A stretch of 64,000 nucleotides of DNA, from positions 1,056,001 through 1,120,000 of the forward strand of contig CAWCKY010000004.1 of NCBI GenBank assembly GCA_963796275.1, in the 5' to 3' direction. The notes under the pieces are model-generated. The model searched no databases. It had not been told where the DNA came from and saw only the letters and a program-made list of their open reading frames with translations. The position numbers were made by a program, and so were the translations under genes. Of the stretch, positions 56,355 to 64,000 are shown piece by piece. The stretch's first letter is position 1; each line of letters begins with the position of its first letter. The DNA is from an uncultured Acidobacteriota bacterium (GTDB taxonomy: Bacteria; Acidobacteriota; Blastocatellia; RBC074).

Positions 56355-57445
56355 TGACCGAACGCATTTATAACTTCAGTGCTGGCCCCGCCGTATTGCC
56401 CGAGGCCGTGCTCAAACAGGCTCAAGGGGAGCTGTTCGCACTTCCCGGAGTCGGGATGTCGGTGCTGGAAATAAGCCATCGCTCAACTACGTTCGAGCGG
56501 ATCATCAATGAAGCGGAGGCTGATTTGAGGAAGTTGCTCGCCATTCCGGAGAGCTACAAAGTACTCTTCCTGCAGGGGGGTGCGAGCCTGCAATTTGCGA
56601 TGGTTCCTATGAATCTGCTTCCGAAGGGAGGGAGCGCCGATTATCTCCTCACAGGCAGTTGGGGGCAGGGCGCATTCAAAGAGGCCAAGAAGTTCGGGGC
56701 CGCGCGCGAGGCCGCGTCGACGGCGGATACCAATTTCAACCGCCTACCGCATCCCGAAGAGCTCAAGCTCGACCCGAAGGCAGCCTATCTGCATTTCACT
56801 TCGAATGAGACGATCTTCGGGGTCGAGTTCCAGGAAGAGCCGGAGGCGGGCGACGTGCCTCTGGTTTGCGATATGTCGTCGAACTTCATCAGCAAACCGA
56901 TCGACGTATCGAAGTATGGGTTGATTTACGCGGGAGCGCAGAAGAATGCGGGGCCTGCCGGCGCGACGATGGCCATCATACGCGAGGACCTGCTGGAAAG
57001 AGCGCCCCAGGGCTTACCAGCAATGCTCGATTACAAAAATCTGGTCAAGAGCGATTCGATGTACAACACGCCGCCGTGCTTTGCGATCTACATTTGCGGT
57101 CTGGTATTCAAGTGGCTGCTCAACGACATCGGCGGCCTCGAACAAATTCATACCAATAACGAGGCGAAGGCCAAAATTCTTTATGACGCCATCGATGCTT
57201 CGGACGGCTATTATCGCGGTCACGCTGAAAAGGACTGCCGCAGCCTGATGAATGTCACGCTCCGGTTGCCCAATGAAGAGCTGGAAAAGAAATTCATCAA
57301 GGAATCGACGGCGGCGGGGCTCGACGGCTTGAAAGGCCACCGCTCGGTCGGCGGGTTACGGGCATCGATCTACAACGCCTTTCCGAAAGATGGTGTGGTC
57401 AGGTTGGTAGAGTTTATGCGCGAATTCGAACGGAAGAACGGATGA
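56354..57445 (+). CDS. serC: Phosphoserine aminotransferase
   Basis: NFSAGPAVLP, ISHRS, QGGASLQF, GAQKN, MYNTPP, GHRSVGG. Confidence 0.97.
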   Translation: MTERIYNFSAGPAVLPEAVLKQAQGELFALPGVGMSVLEISHRSTTFERIINEAEADLRKLLAIPESYKVLFLQGGASLQFAMVPMNLLPKGGSADYLLTGSWGQGAFKEAKKFGAAREAASTADTNFNRLPHPEELKLDPKAAYLHFTSNETIFGVEFQEEPEAGDVPLVCDMSSNFISKPIDVSKYGLIYAGAQKNAGPAGATMAIIREDLLERAPQGLPAMLDYKNLVKSDSMYNTPPCFAIYICGLVFKWLLNDIGGLEQIHTNNEAKAKILYDAIDASDGYYRGHAEKDCRSLMNVTLRLPNEELEKKFIKESTAAGLDGLKGHRSVGGLRASIYNAFPKDGVVRLVEFMREFERKNG

Positions 57446-57446
57446 A

Positions 57447-57915
57447 AATAGTTTTCAGTTTTTAGTTTTCAGTTTTCAGTTGCTGATCGAGACAGCTCAG
57501 CTAAAAACTGAAAACTGATATTAACCGCTCAGCCTTTTCGCCGCGTTAGCGGCGGTTGATTGTAGCCGTGGGTTTTAACCCACGGTGGCGGTAGATTTTT
57601 TTCACGTCGCGTCAGCGACGGTTGAATTCAGGCGTCGCTAACGCGACGCGGGAATATCCTTCAAGCATTCCGTGGGTTAAAACCCACGGCTACAATCAAC
57701 CGCCGCTACGCGGCGAAAAGGCTGAGCAGTCACTTTTAGTTTTTCAGTTTTTAGCGTCTTCAATCGTCTTTCGAGACCACATATCTGAAAACTGAGAAAC
57801 TAGAACCTGAAAACTATTTTTCAGTTTTTAGTCTTCAATCCTCGTTCGAGACCATATAACTGAAAGCTGAAATACTAGAAACTGAAAACTGAAAACTAAA
57901 AACTGAAAACTGTTT
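57447..57915. repeat. Heptamer arrays (TTTTCAG)n/(CTGAAAA)n flanking a REP doublet; includes a tandem ~85-bp duplication
   Basis: Three inverted-array units whose spacers all contain TCGAGAC. Confidence 0.85.
57527..57727. mobile_element. GTAG-REP doublet (REPIN/MITE-like), copy 2, inverted relative to copy 1
   Basis: Near-identical reverse complement of 25047-25226; long terminal IR. Confidence 0.85.
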
Positions 57916-57916
57916 T

Positions 57917-59329
57917 ATGGCTGAAAAAGAGATGACCATTGATCAACCGTTGGATTCCCCCTCCGCTAGTGCCGGCCTGCACCGCGCGTTGGGAGTGTGG
58001 GCGGCCACCGCATTTGTAATCACCAATATGGTCGGCACAGGAATATTCACTGTCCCGGCATTTGTCAGGAGCGCGACCGGCAATGGGATGGCAGCGCTTG
58101 CCGTGTGGGCAGTTGGTGGCGGGCTTGCGCTCTGCGGAGCTTTCTGCTACGCGGAGTTGGCGACGCGGATGCCTGAGGCAGGCGGTGAGTATCACTTTGT
58201 TACGCGTACTTATGGGCGGTTGTGGGGATTTCTGAGCGGATGGATATCGTTCTTCGTCGGGTTCTCGGCACCGATCGCCGTCGCCTCGTTGGGAGCGGCT
58301 GCTTATTCATTTTCAGTTCTGGGATTGAATCCCGGTGCGCCGATCTTCGGACAATCGAGGATAACTCAGGGCGGAGTCGCGGCGGCTTGTCTGATAGTTG
58401 TGCTGTCGCTTTTTCATTCATCAGGGGTCCGTCCCAGCGGACGGCTGCAAACCATCATTGCGGGGCTCGTTATCGGGGCGATCGTGATTCTGGTGATAGC
58501 CGGCCTCACCACCGGAGAGGGCGATTGGAGAGGAGTGATCGAGGGATCGGAGGCGCCGGAGGGCTGGTGGCTCGCCCTGATTCCGGTCAGTTTCGCATAC
58601 AGCGGGTGGAACGCGGCTGCTTATCTGGCTGGAGAAGCTCACAATCCGCTCCGCACGCTGCCACGCGCGCTGATCGGCGGCACACTCGCGGTGACGACTC
58701 TTTATCTTGCACTCAACCTGCTCTTTTTCTATGCGCTGCCCCCCGAAGCCTGGGAGGCTACAAACGAGAGCGAGAAGATAGGCATCGGGGCGGTCGCCGC
58801 CCGTTATTTATTCGGCCCTGTCGGCGAGAAATTCGTGGGCATCATCATTGCATTGGCGATTATCGGTTCGGTCAGCGCGATGACTGCCGTTGGACCGCGG
58901 GTCTATTATGCGATGTCACGCGATGGACTCGCTCCGGCGATCTTCAGTCGGTTGGGCCGGCGCAGCGGAGCGCCAACCATGGCCACACTCGTTCAAGCTA
59001 TTCTGGCGGTGATGTTGGCATTGACCGGGGCTTTCGGGTTCTTGTTGACTTATGTCGGCTCCGCCCTGCTACTTTTCAACGGACTGACGGTCGCTTCCGT
59101 TTACCTGGTCAGGCGTAAATCGGTGACCGGTTCGACTCCATATTTCCGCGTCCCGGGCTATCCCGTGACGCCGGGGATATTCCTGGTGCTCGTCGTAATA
59201 GTATGGGTTTATGGATTGAAGAGGGAACCAGAGCCGACTATCGCGGCGCTGGTAACCATTGTGGCGGGCGCGCTGGTCTATTTGATCGGCCGCTCATACG
59301 GCTGGATCAGCGAGAAAGCGGAGAAGTAA
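57917..59329 (+). CDS. APC family amino acid permease
   Basis: MVGTGIF, YAELATRMPEAGGEY, FAYSGWN, PRVYYAMSRDG. Confidence 0.93.
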   Translation: MAEKEMTIDQPLDSPSASAGLHRALGVWAATAFVITNMVGTGIFTVPAFVRSATGNGMAALAVWAVGGGLALCGAFCYAELATRMPEAGGEYHFVTRTYGRLWGFLSGWISFFVGFSAPIAVASLGAAAYSFSVLGLNPGAPIFGQSRITQGGVAAACLIVVLSLFHSSGVRPSGRLQTIIAGLVIGAIVILVIAGLTTGEGDWRGVIEGSEAPEGWWLALIPVSFAYSGWNAAAYLAGEAHNPLRTLPRALIGGTLAVTTLYLALNLLFFYALPPEAWEATNESEKIGIGAVAARYLFGPVGEKFVGIIIALAIIGSVSAMTAVGPRVYYAMSRDGLAPAIFSRLGRRSGAPTMATLVQAILAVMLALTGAFGFLLTYVGSALLLFNGLTVASVYLVRRKSVTGSTPYFRVPGYPVTPGIFLVLVVIVWVYGLKREPEPTIAALVTIVAGALVYLIGRSYGWISEKAEK

Positions 59330-59368
59330 AGTACGAAAACCCTGGCTTACGATTTTGAGGAGTGTGTG

Positions 59369-59986
59369 ATGAGAAGACTGAAAATATTATTACTTGTTCT
59401 CCCCATCTTTCTACTTGGCGCGCAGCAAGCACAGCAGCGTCGCGATCCGCAGGAGTATATCAAGCGACTCGAGGCGGAGCAGCGCGTCAAAGAGTTGCAG
59501 GTCGATCGGGTGGTTGAGACGCTCAAAATTTCACCGGGGCAGAAAATTGCCGATCTGGGTGCAGGATCGGGGCTCTTCACGCGCCCGATCGCCCGAAAGG
59601 TCGGAGAAACCGGGAAAGTCTTCGCCATTGACATCGACCCGGAGTTACTGAAACACATCGAAAAAACCGCGGATAATCCGGCCAACATCCGCACAGTACT
59701 GGGCGCAGAAGACGATCCGAATATCCCCGAGCGGGTTGATCTGATCGTAATTATCGACACGCTCCATCACATCCGTAACCGTGCAACTTATCTCAAGAAA
59801 TTGCGCGATTACCTGCAGCCTTCCGGGCGCATCGCCATCCTCGACTTCAGCAAGAACTGGCCGCAAGACCATGAGCAGATGAAATACGCGCTGGATGAAC
59901 TCGAGGGGTGGATGAAATCAGCAGGATACAAAAGGGTTGAAAAGCACGACTTCTTGAATAACAATTTCTTTGTAATCTATCAGTAA
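59369..59986 (+). CDS. Class I SAM-dependent methyltransferase with signal-peptide-like N-terminus
   Basis: ADLGAGSG, AIDID, DTLHH. Confidence 0.85.
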   Translation: MRRLKILLLVLPIFLLGAQQAQQRRDPQEYIKRLEAEQRVKELQVDRVVETLKISPGQKIADLGAGSGLFTRPIARKVGETGKVFAIDIDPELLKHIEKTADNPANIRTVLGAEDDPNIPERVDLIVIIDTLHHIRNRATYLKKLRDYLQPSGRIAILDFSKNWPQDHEQMKYALDELEGWMKSAGYKRVEKHDFLNNNFFVIYQ

Positions 59987-60005
59987 ACCATCAGGTCGTT
60001 CGCAT

Positions 60006-60753
60006 ATGGCCGCACCGATTGTCCCAATGCTGTGCATGTCGTTCCTCATATTCCACGGCTGCGCAATCCAGAAGCCTGAGGACTCAGCCGGTGGCGGATA
60101 TCAAACGAAAAACACATCCGAAGATGAATTCAAAGATGAGCGCCTGCAAATGGTCGATCGGCAGATACCGCGCCCGAAGGATCAATAACCAGGCAGTCCT
60201 GAATGCTATGAAGAAAGTCCCGCGCCACCGTTTCGTATCTGCAGAAAACGCCACTTCAGCTTACGAAGATTTTCCGCTGCCCATCGGTCAGGGCCAGACC
60301 ATATCTCAACCTTACATAGTCGCCTATATGACGGAGGCCGCCGAAATTTCTGATAATGACAAGGTATTGGAGATAGGCACTGGTTCCGGCTATCAGGCCG
60401 CCATCCTCGGCGAACTTGCCAAAGAGGTCTATACCATAGAGATCATACCCGAATTAGCCGAACAAGCGCGGCGGACGCTCGATGAACTCGGATACAAGAA
60501 CATAACGGTGAAGGCCGGCAATGGGTACGAAGGCTGGGCCGAACATGCCCCCTTTGATGGAATCCTGGTCACAGCCGCGCCGGATGAGGTTCCGCAAGCG
60601 CTGATCGATCAACTGGCGATGAACGGAAAGTTGATAATTCCGGTCGGTGCGGGGGACCAGGAGATGACGATTATCACGAAAACAGCCAAGGGCGTGATCG
60701 AGAAGCGAACTATACCCGTGAGATTTGTGCCGATGACGGGAAAACCAAAATAG
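60006..60753 (+). CDS. pcm: Protein-L-isoaspartate O-methyltransferase with lipoprotein-like leader; frameshift near 60168
   Basis: VPRHRFV, GQTISQPYIVA, LEIGTGSGYQAA, APFDGI, VRFVPM; ORF 60006-60188 supplies the N-terminus up to MVDRQI. Confidence 0.9.
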
Positions 60754-60920
60754 TTGATAGTTGATAGTTGATAGTTGATAGTTGATAGTTGATAGTTGAC
60801 ATACGCTTGGCAACAAGTGTCCGCGCTATCAACTACAACTACAACTACAACTACAACTACAACTACAACTACAACTACAACTACAACTACAACTACAACT
60901 ATCACTATCAACTATCAACT
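60751..60920. repeat. (TAGTTGA)7...(AACTAC)11(AACTATC)n inverted array overlapping pcm stop and miaA 3' end
   Basis: Direct count from sequence. Confidence 0.92.
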
Positions 60921-61857
60921 CTTCATATACTCTGCTTGCATCTGCGATTACCCTGTTATCAAATCCGAACCCATCGAACCAAACCGTATTCTTCTGTGCT
61001 CGCCACCAGGTCCACTGACGTTTCGCATAATGTCGGGTGTCGAGCTTCATCTGTTCGATCGCGGATTCCAGAGTTCGCAGTCCCATTAGATATTCGACAA
61101 ATCGTTTGTACCCATGCGCGTTAAAGGCTTTCGCGGTGAGAGGAACGCCCGACGCTACCAGACTCTGAATTTCTGCGAGCATGCCGTTCTCGAGCATAAT
61201 GTCGACGCGGTTGTTGATGCGTTCATAGAGTTCTTCGCGCGGAGGCTGAAGCACGAAGTAGCGCAAGCGGGCGTCGAATTCGGTTGGCTCTTCCGGCGTC
61301 AGCCCCTGCCACACGGACAGCGGCGTGCGCGATGAGAAATAGACTTCGAGCGCACGAATAATCCGCGACCAGTCTCCAGATGAAAACTTCAGAGCAAGCT
61401 TCGGATCGACGCGTTCGAGCATTCGATGCAAATGCGGCGCACCGCGTTTCCGCATAATTTCCCGCAATCGCGGCCTGAGCGAATCATCGATTGTTGGCGA
61501 ATCAAAGAATCTCGTCGTAAGCGCGCGCAGATAAAAGCCGGTCCCTCCGACCAGGAATGCGCGTTTGCCTCGTACCTCGATTTGCGTGATGGCTTCCCTT
61601 GCCTTCTCAGCCCAGGCGACCGCAGTGAAATTTTCAGTCGGGTCAGCTATGTCAATCAGATGATGGGGAATTCCCCGTCTTTCATCCATCGGCACTTTAG
61701 CTGTAGCGATGTAAATACCCCGATAGACCTGAACCGAATCGCAGTTGACTATCTCGCCATTGAACCGTTCCGCAAGCGCGATACCGAGATCGCTCTTGCC
61801 CGAAGCCGTCGGGCCTACAACTGCGATGAGAGGCAGCGTTGAAAATGCCTTAGTCAT
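60829..61857 (-). CDS. miaA: tRNA dimethylallyltransferase with repeat-derived (Ser-Cys)n tail
   Basis: GPTASGKS, DSVQVYRG, VGGTGFY, RALEV, TRHYAKRQWTW. Confidence 0.95.
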   Translation of the reverse strand: MTKAFSTLPLIAVVGPTASGKSDLGIALAERFNGEIVNCDSVQVYRGIYIATAKVPMDERRGIPHHLIDIADPTENFTAVAWAEKAREAITQIEVRGKRAFLVGGTGFYLRALTTRFFDSPTIDDSLRPRLREIMRKRGAPHLHRMLERVDPKLALKFSSGDWSRIIRALEVYFSSRTPLSVWQGLTPEEPTEFDARLRYFVLQPPREELYERINNRVDIMLENGMLAEIQSLVASGVPLTAKAFNAHGYKRFVEYLMGLRTLESAIEQMKLDTRHYAKRQWTWWRAQKNTVWFDGFGFDNRVIADASRVYEELIVDSDSCSCSCSCSCSCSCSCSCSCSCS

Positions 61858-61963
61858 TCTGGGAGATTGAACCAACGATAGAACGCAATGACAAGTAGAA
61901 TGGTGAAGAGCAGCCAGATGCCGAGTTGTTGTTTTCTGGTCATACTATCAGGAAAGATTGCGA

Positions 61964-63199
61964 TCATTCGAAACCCAGCATCGCCAGTGTGTTCTCATCC
62001 TTTATCAGCACATTCTTTCCCACGATCGCCGGATGCGCCCATGTCGGGCTGCCAGCGACGCTGTATTGTTTGACCGGCGTGGCGGCTTTATCGGTCGCGC
62101 TGGTCACGATCAGATTCGCATCGTTAGTCAACGAAAAGATCAAACCGCTCGAGATGACCATCGCAGCGTGCTCTCCCTGACGCGGATCGCCGGTCCACAA
62201 TGTTTTTCCCGTATTTGCATCGAGACAGAAGAACTGACCTTTATTGCGGTGAGACATTCCGAAAAGATAATTACCGCTGAGAACCGGCGAGTTCATGTAC
62301 ATCGAGACTTCCCTGTTATGCCATACCTGATCGGTAACCCACTTTTCGTCGCGCCATCCGACCCTTATCGCAAATACTCCTTTATTCAGTCCCGAGAAGA
62401 TCAGCAGGTCCCGGTAGAGAATCGGAGTAACTATGTTTTGCACGTAATCCGTTTCGAATGGGAGCTTCCATAATAATCCGCCATTGTCAGCCCCGATGCC
62501 TATGATGCTTTTTTGCGACTGCGTGACAATCTGCCGCTTGCCCGCGATCTCGACGACTATCGGCGATGCATAACCCGGACCATCGCCATTCCACCTCCAT
62601 TTCTCCGCCCCGCTCGCGGCATCGAAAGCCATAAGCGCTCCGTTATCGTTCCCGCCCAGATAAGCTATCACCAATCCCCGGTCGACGATCGGTGAAGTAG
62701 CTGTGCCGTAGAGCGGGGCTTTGGCATTGACGAGAACCGAGGATTCTTTGCGCCAGAGCATCTTCCCGTGAGCCGCGTCATAACACGAGAGGACTCCTGT
62801 GATACCGAGCGTATAGAGCTTCCCGCCATTGAAGGCGGGCGTGGATTTGGGCCCTTTGCCGTGCTCGCGCGCCGCCGGATGCATCGAGTATTCGACCGCA
62901 TAACTATCGCGCCATAAGACTTTTCCGGTATCGAGATCGAATGCGGCAACAACCTCATTCTCGCCCTGCCTTGAATGCAGGTAGACGGTTTTGCCGACTA
63001 CCAGCGGTGATGAATGGCCCGCCCCGACCGTCATCTTCCATTTCGGTTTCAATTGATCAAGCCACTGCTTCGGCGCAGCAAAGCCCTTTATCGCTCCATC
63101 TCGGTTTGCACCACGCCACTGTGTCCAATCCTGCGCTCGTGCGTTCTGAGAAACCAGGATGAAGAGGGTGGCAAGAATCAAAACTGTTCTAGTTGGCAT
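61964..63199 (-). CDS. PQQ-binding-like beta-propeller repeat protein, exported
   Basis: DWTQWRGANRDG, SSP/STP motifs, repeated AFDxxTGKxLW blades. Confidence 0.88.
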   Translation of the reverse strand: MPTRTVLILATLFILVSQNARAQDWTQWRGANRDGAIKGFAAPKQWLDQLKPKWKMTVGAGHSSPLVVGKTVYLHSRQGENEVVAAFDLDTGKVLWRDSYAVEYSMHPAAREHGKGPKSTPAFNGGKLYTLGITGVLSCYDAAHGKMLWRKESSVLVNAKAPLYGTATSPIVDRGLVIAYLGGNDNGALMAFDAASGAEKWRWNGDGPGYASPIVVEIAGKRQIVTQSQKSIIGIGADNGGLLWKLPFETDYVQNIVTPILYRDLLIFSGLNKGVFAIRVGWRDEKWVTDQVWHNREVSMYMNSPVLSGNYLFGMSHRNKGQFFCLDANTGKTLWTGDPRQGEHAAMVISSGLIFSLTNDANLIVTSATDKAATPVKQYSVAGSPTWAHPAIVGKNVLIKDENTLAMLGFE

Positions 63200-63348
63200 A
63201 CGCGATTGATCTCCGTAATTTGCTCAGCTCCTATGCCGCGCTACGGCATCTGAATTTAACCTTTGGTTTATGGTATTTGAAAGATAATGCAACCACGTAT
63301 GGCAGACCGCATGGTGCATTTATTTTCAAAAACAAATCCCCCAAATCA

Positions 63349-64000
63349 CTACTCCGTCCTCAACGCCGGTAACACCGGTGCCCGTACGGCAGCTCTCACC
63401 GCTATCAGCGAAGCGGCCAGACCGGTAATTAATATCGCAAGTAGGAGCAATCCGAGCGAGGGAGCCGACAATCGCCCGCCGCGCGCCATTAATGCCGGCG
63501 TGATCGCCAGCAGGGCACACAAAACTCCGGTCAGCAGCCCGCAACCGAGCATCAAGCCATTTTCAGCGAGAACCATCAACCCCAGATGCGATCCCTGAAA
63601 CCCCACCGCACGCATGAGCGCAAGCTCGCGCCGTCGTTCGATCACATTGCGTAACAACACGGTGGCCAATCCCAGGGTCCCCAGCAGAAGCCCCAATCCG
63701 CCGAGCGTTTGAAAAGTAGAGAGGTAGGTATTCTCGACCTGATGAAACCCGGCCAGTTTCTCCTCAGCACTCATGGCGTCGAACCCGAAATCCGAAAGCC
63801 TATCCTCCAACACGGCAGCTACAGTCGACGCCTTCTCCAGCGGGGTATCGATCAGGAAAACGCGATACCCACCTTGATCAGGAAAAAGTCGCAGGAAATT
63901 GCTCTCCGACATCAGCAACTCGCTCTGAAAGACGCTGTCTGAAAGGGCGGCGACCACGCGCAACCGCACAGGCGCCCCATTGCCCGCATTGATCGTCATC
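63349..64000 (-). CDS. ABC transporter permease (FtsX-like), 3' part; runs off window edge
   Basis: ERRRELALMRAVGF followed by TM helices. Confidence 0.85.
   Translation of the reverse strand, partial: MTINAGNGAPVRLRVVAALSDSVFQSELLMSESNFLRLFPDQGGYRVFLIDTPLEKASTVAAVLEDRLSDFGFDAMSAEEKLAGFHQVENTYLSTFQTLGGLGLLLGTLGLATVLLRNVIERRRELALMRAVGFQGSHLGLMVLAENGLMLGCGLLTGVLCALLAITPALMARGGRLSAPSLGLLLLAILITGLAASLIAVRAAVRAPVLPALRTE

Noticed and set aside
60609-61124. ORFs with poly-V, poly-T and (NY)n tracts
   Set aside because: Alternative-frame readings of the AACTAC array overlapping pcm/miaA

Overview
Bacterial chromosomal window, mostly housekeeping genes. It probably comes from an Acidobacteriota genome; this is inferred from the duplicated orphan ABC permeases and gene content, with no rRNA to confirm it. 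Gene content: partial gpmA; a heat-shock cluster (hsp20-clpB-grpE-groEL-divergent Clp ATPase) behind a sigma70 promoter with a HAIR-like operator; a secreted SpoIVB/S55 protease plus beta-propeller pair; mobA; uvrA; rfbF/rfbG-like genes; a sigma54-controlled MacAB-like ABC exporter module; a secreted serpin; P5C dehydrogenase; DUF1015-serA-serC; pcm; and miaA. No transposase, integrase, CRISPR array, tRNA or rRNA was recognised. Several genes, uvrA above all, carry single-base frameshifts that look like long-read errors. The most unusual signal is non-coding. Many intergenic gaps hold inverted arrays of short tandem repeats (7-mer and 9-mer classes with fixed polarity but different sequences). 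A GTAG-REP doublet cassette is present twice, and in one copy its terminal hairpin is amplified into 20 extra tandem 26-bp units. These repeats invade miaA (poly-Ser-Cys tail), flank a duplicated gene start, and sit directly against start and stop codons. On the protein side, a ClpA-sized ATPase has lost both pore-loop tyrosines.
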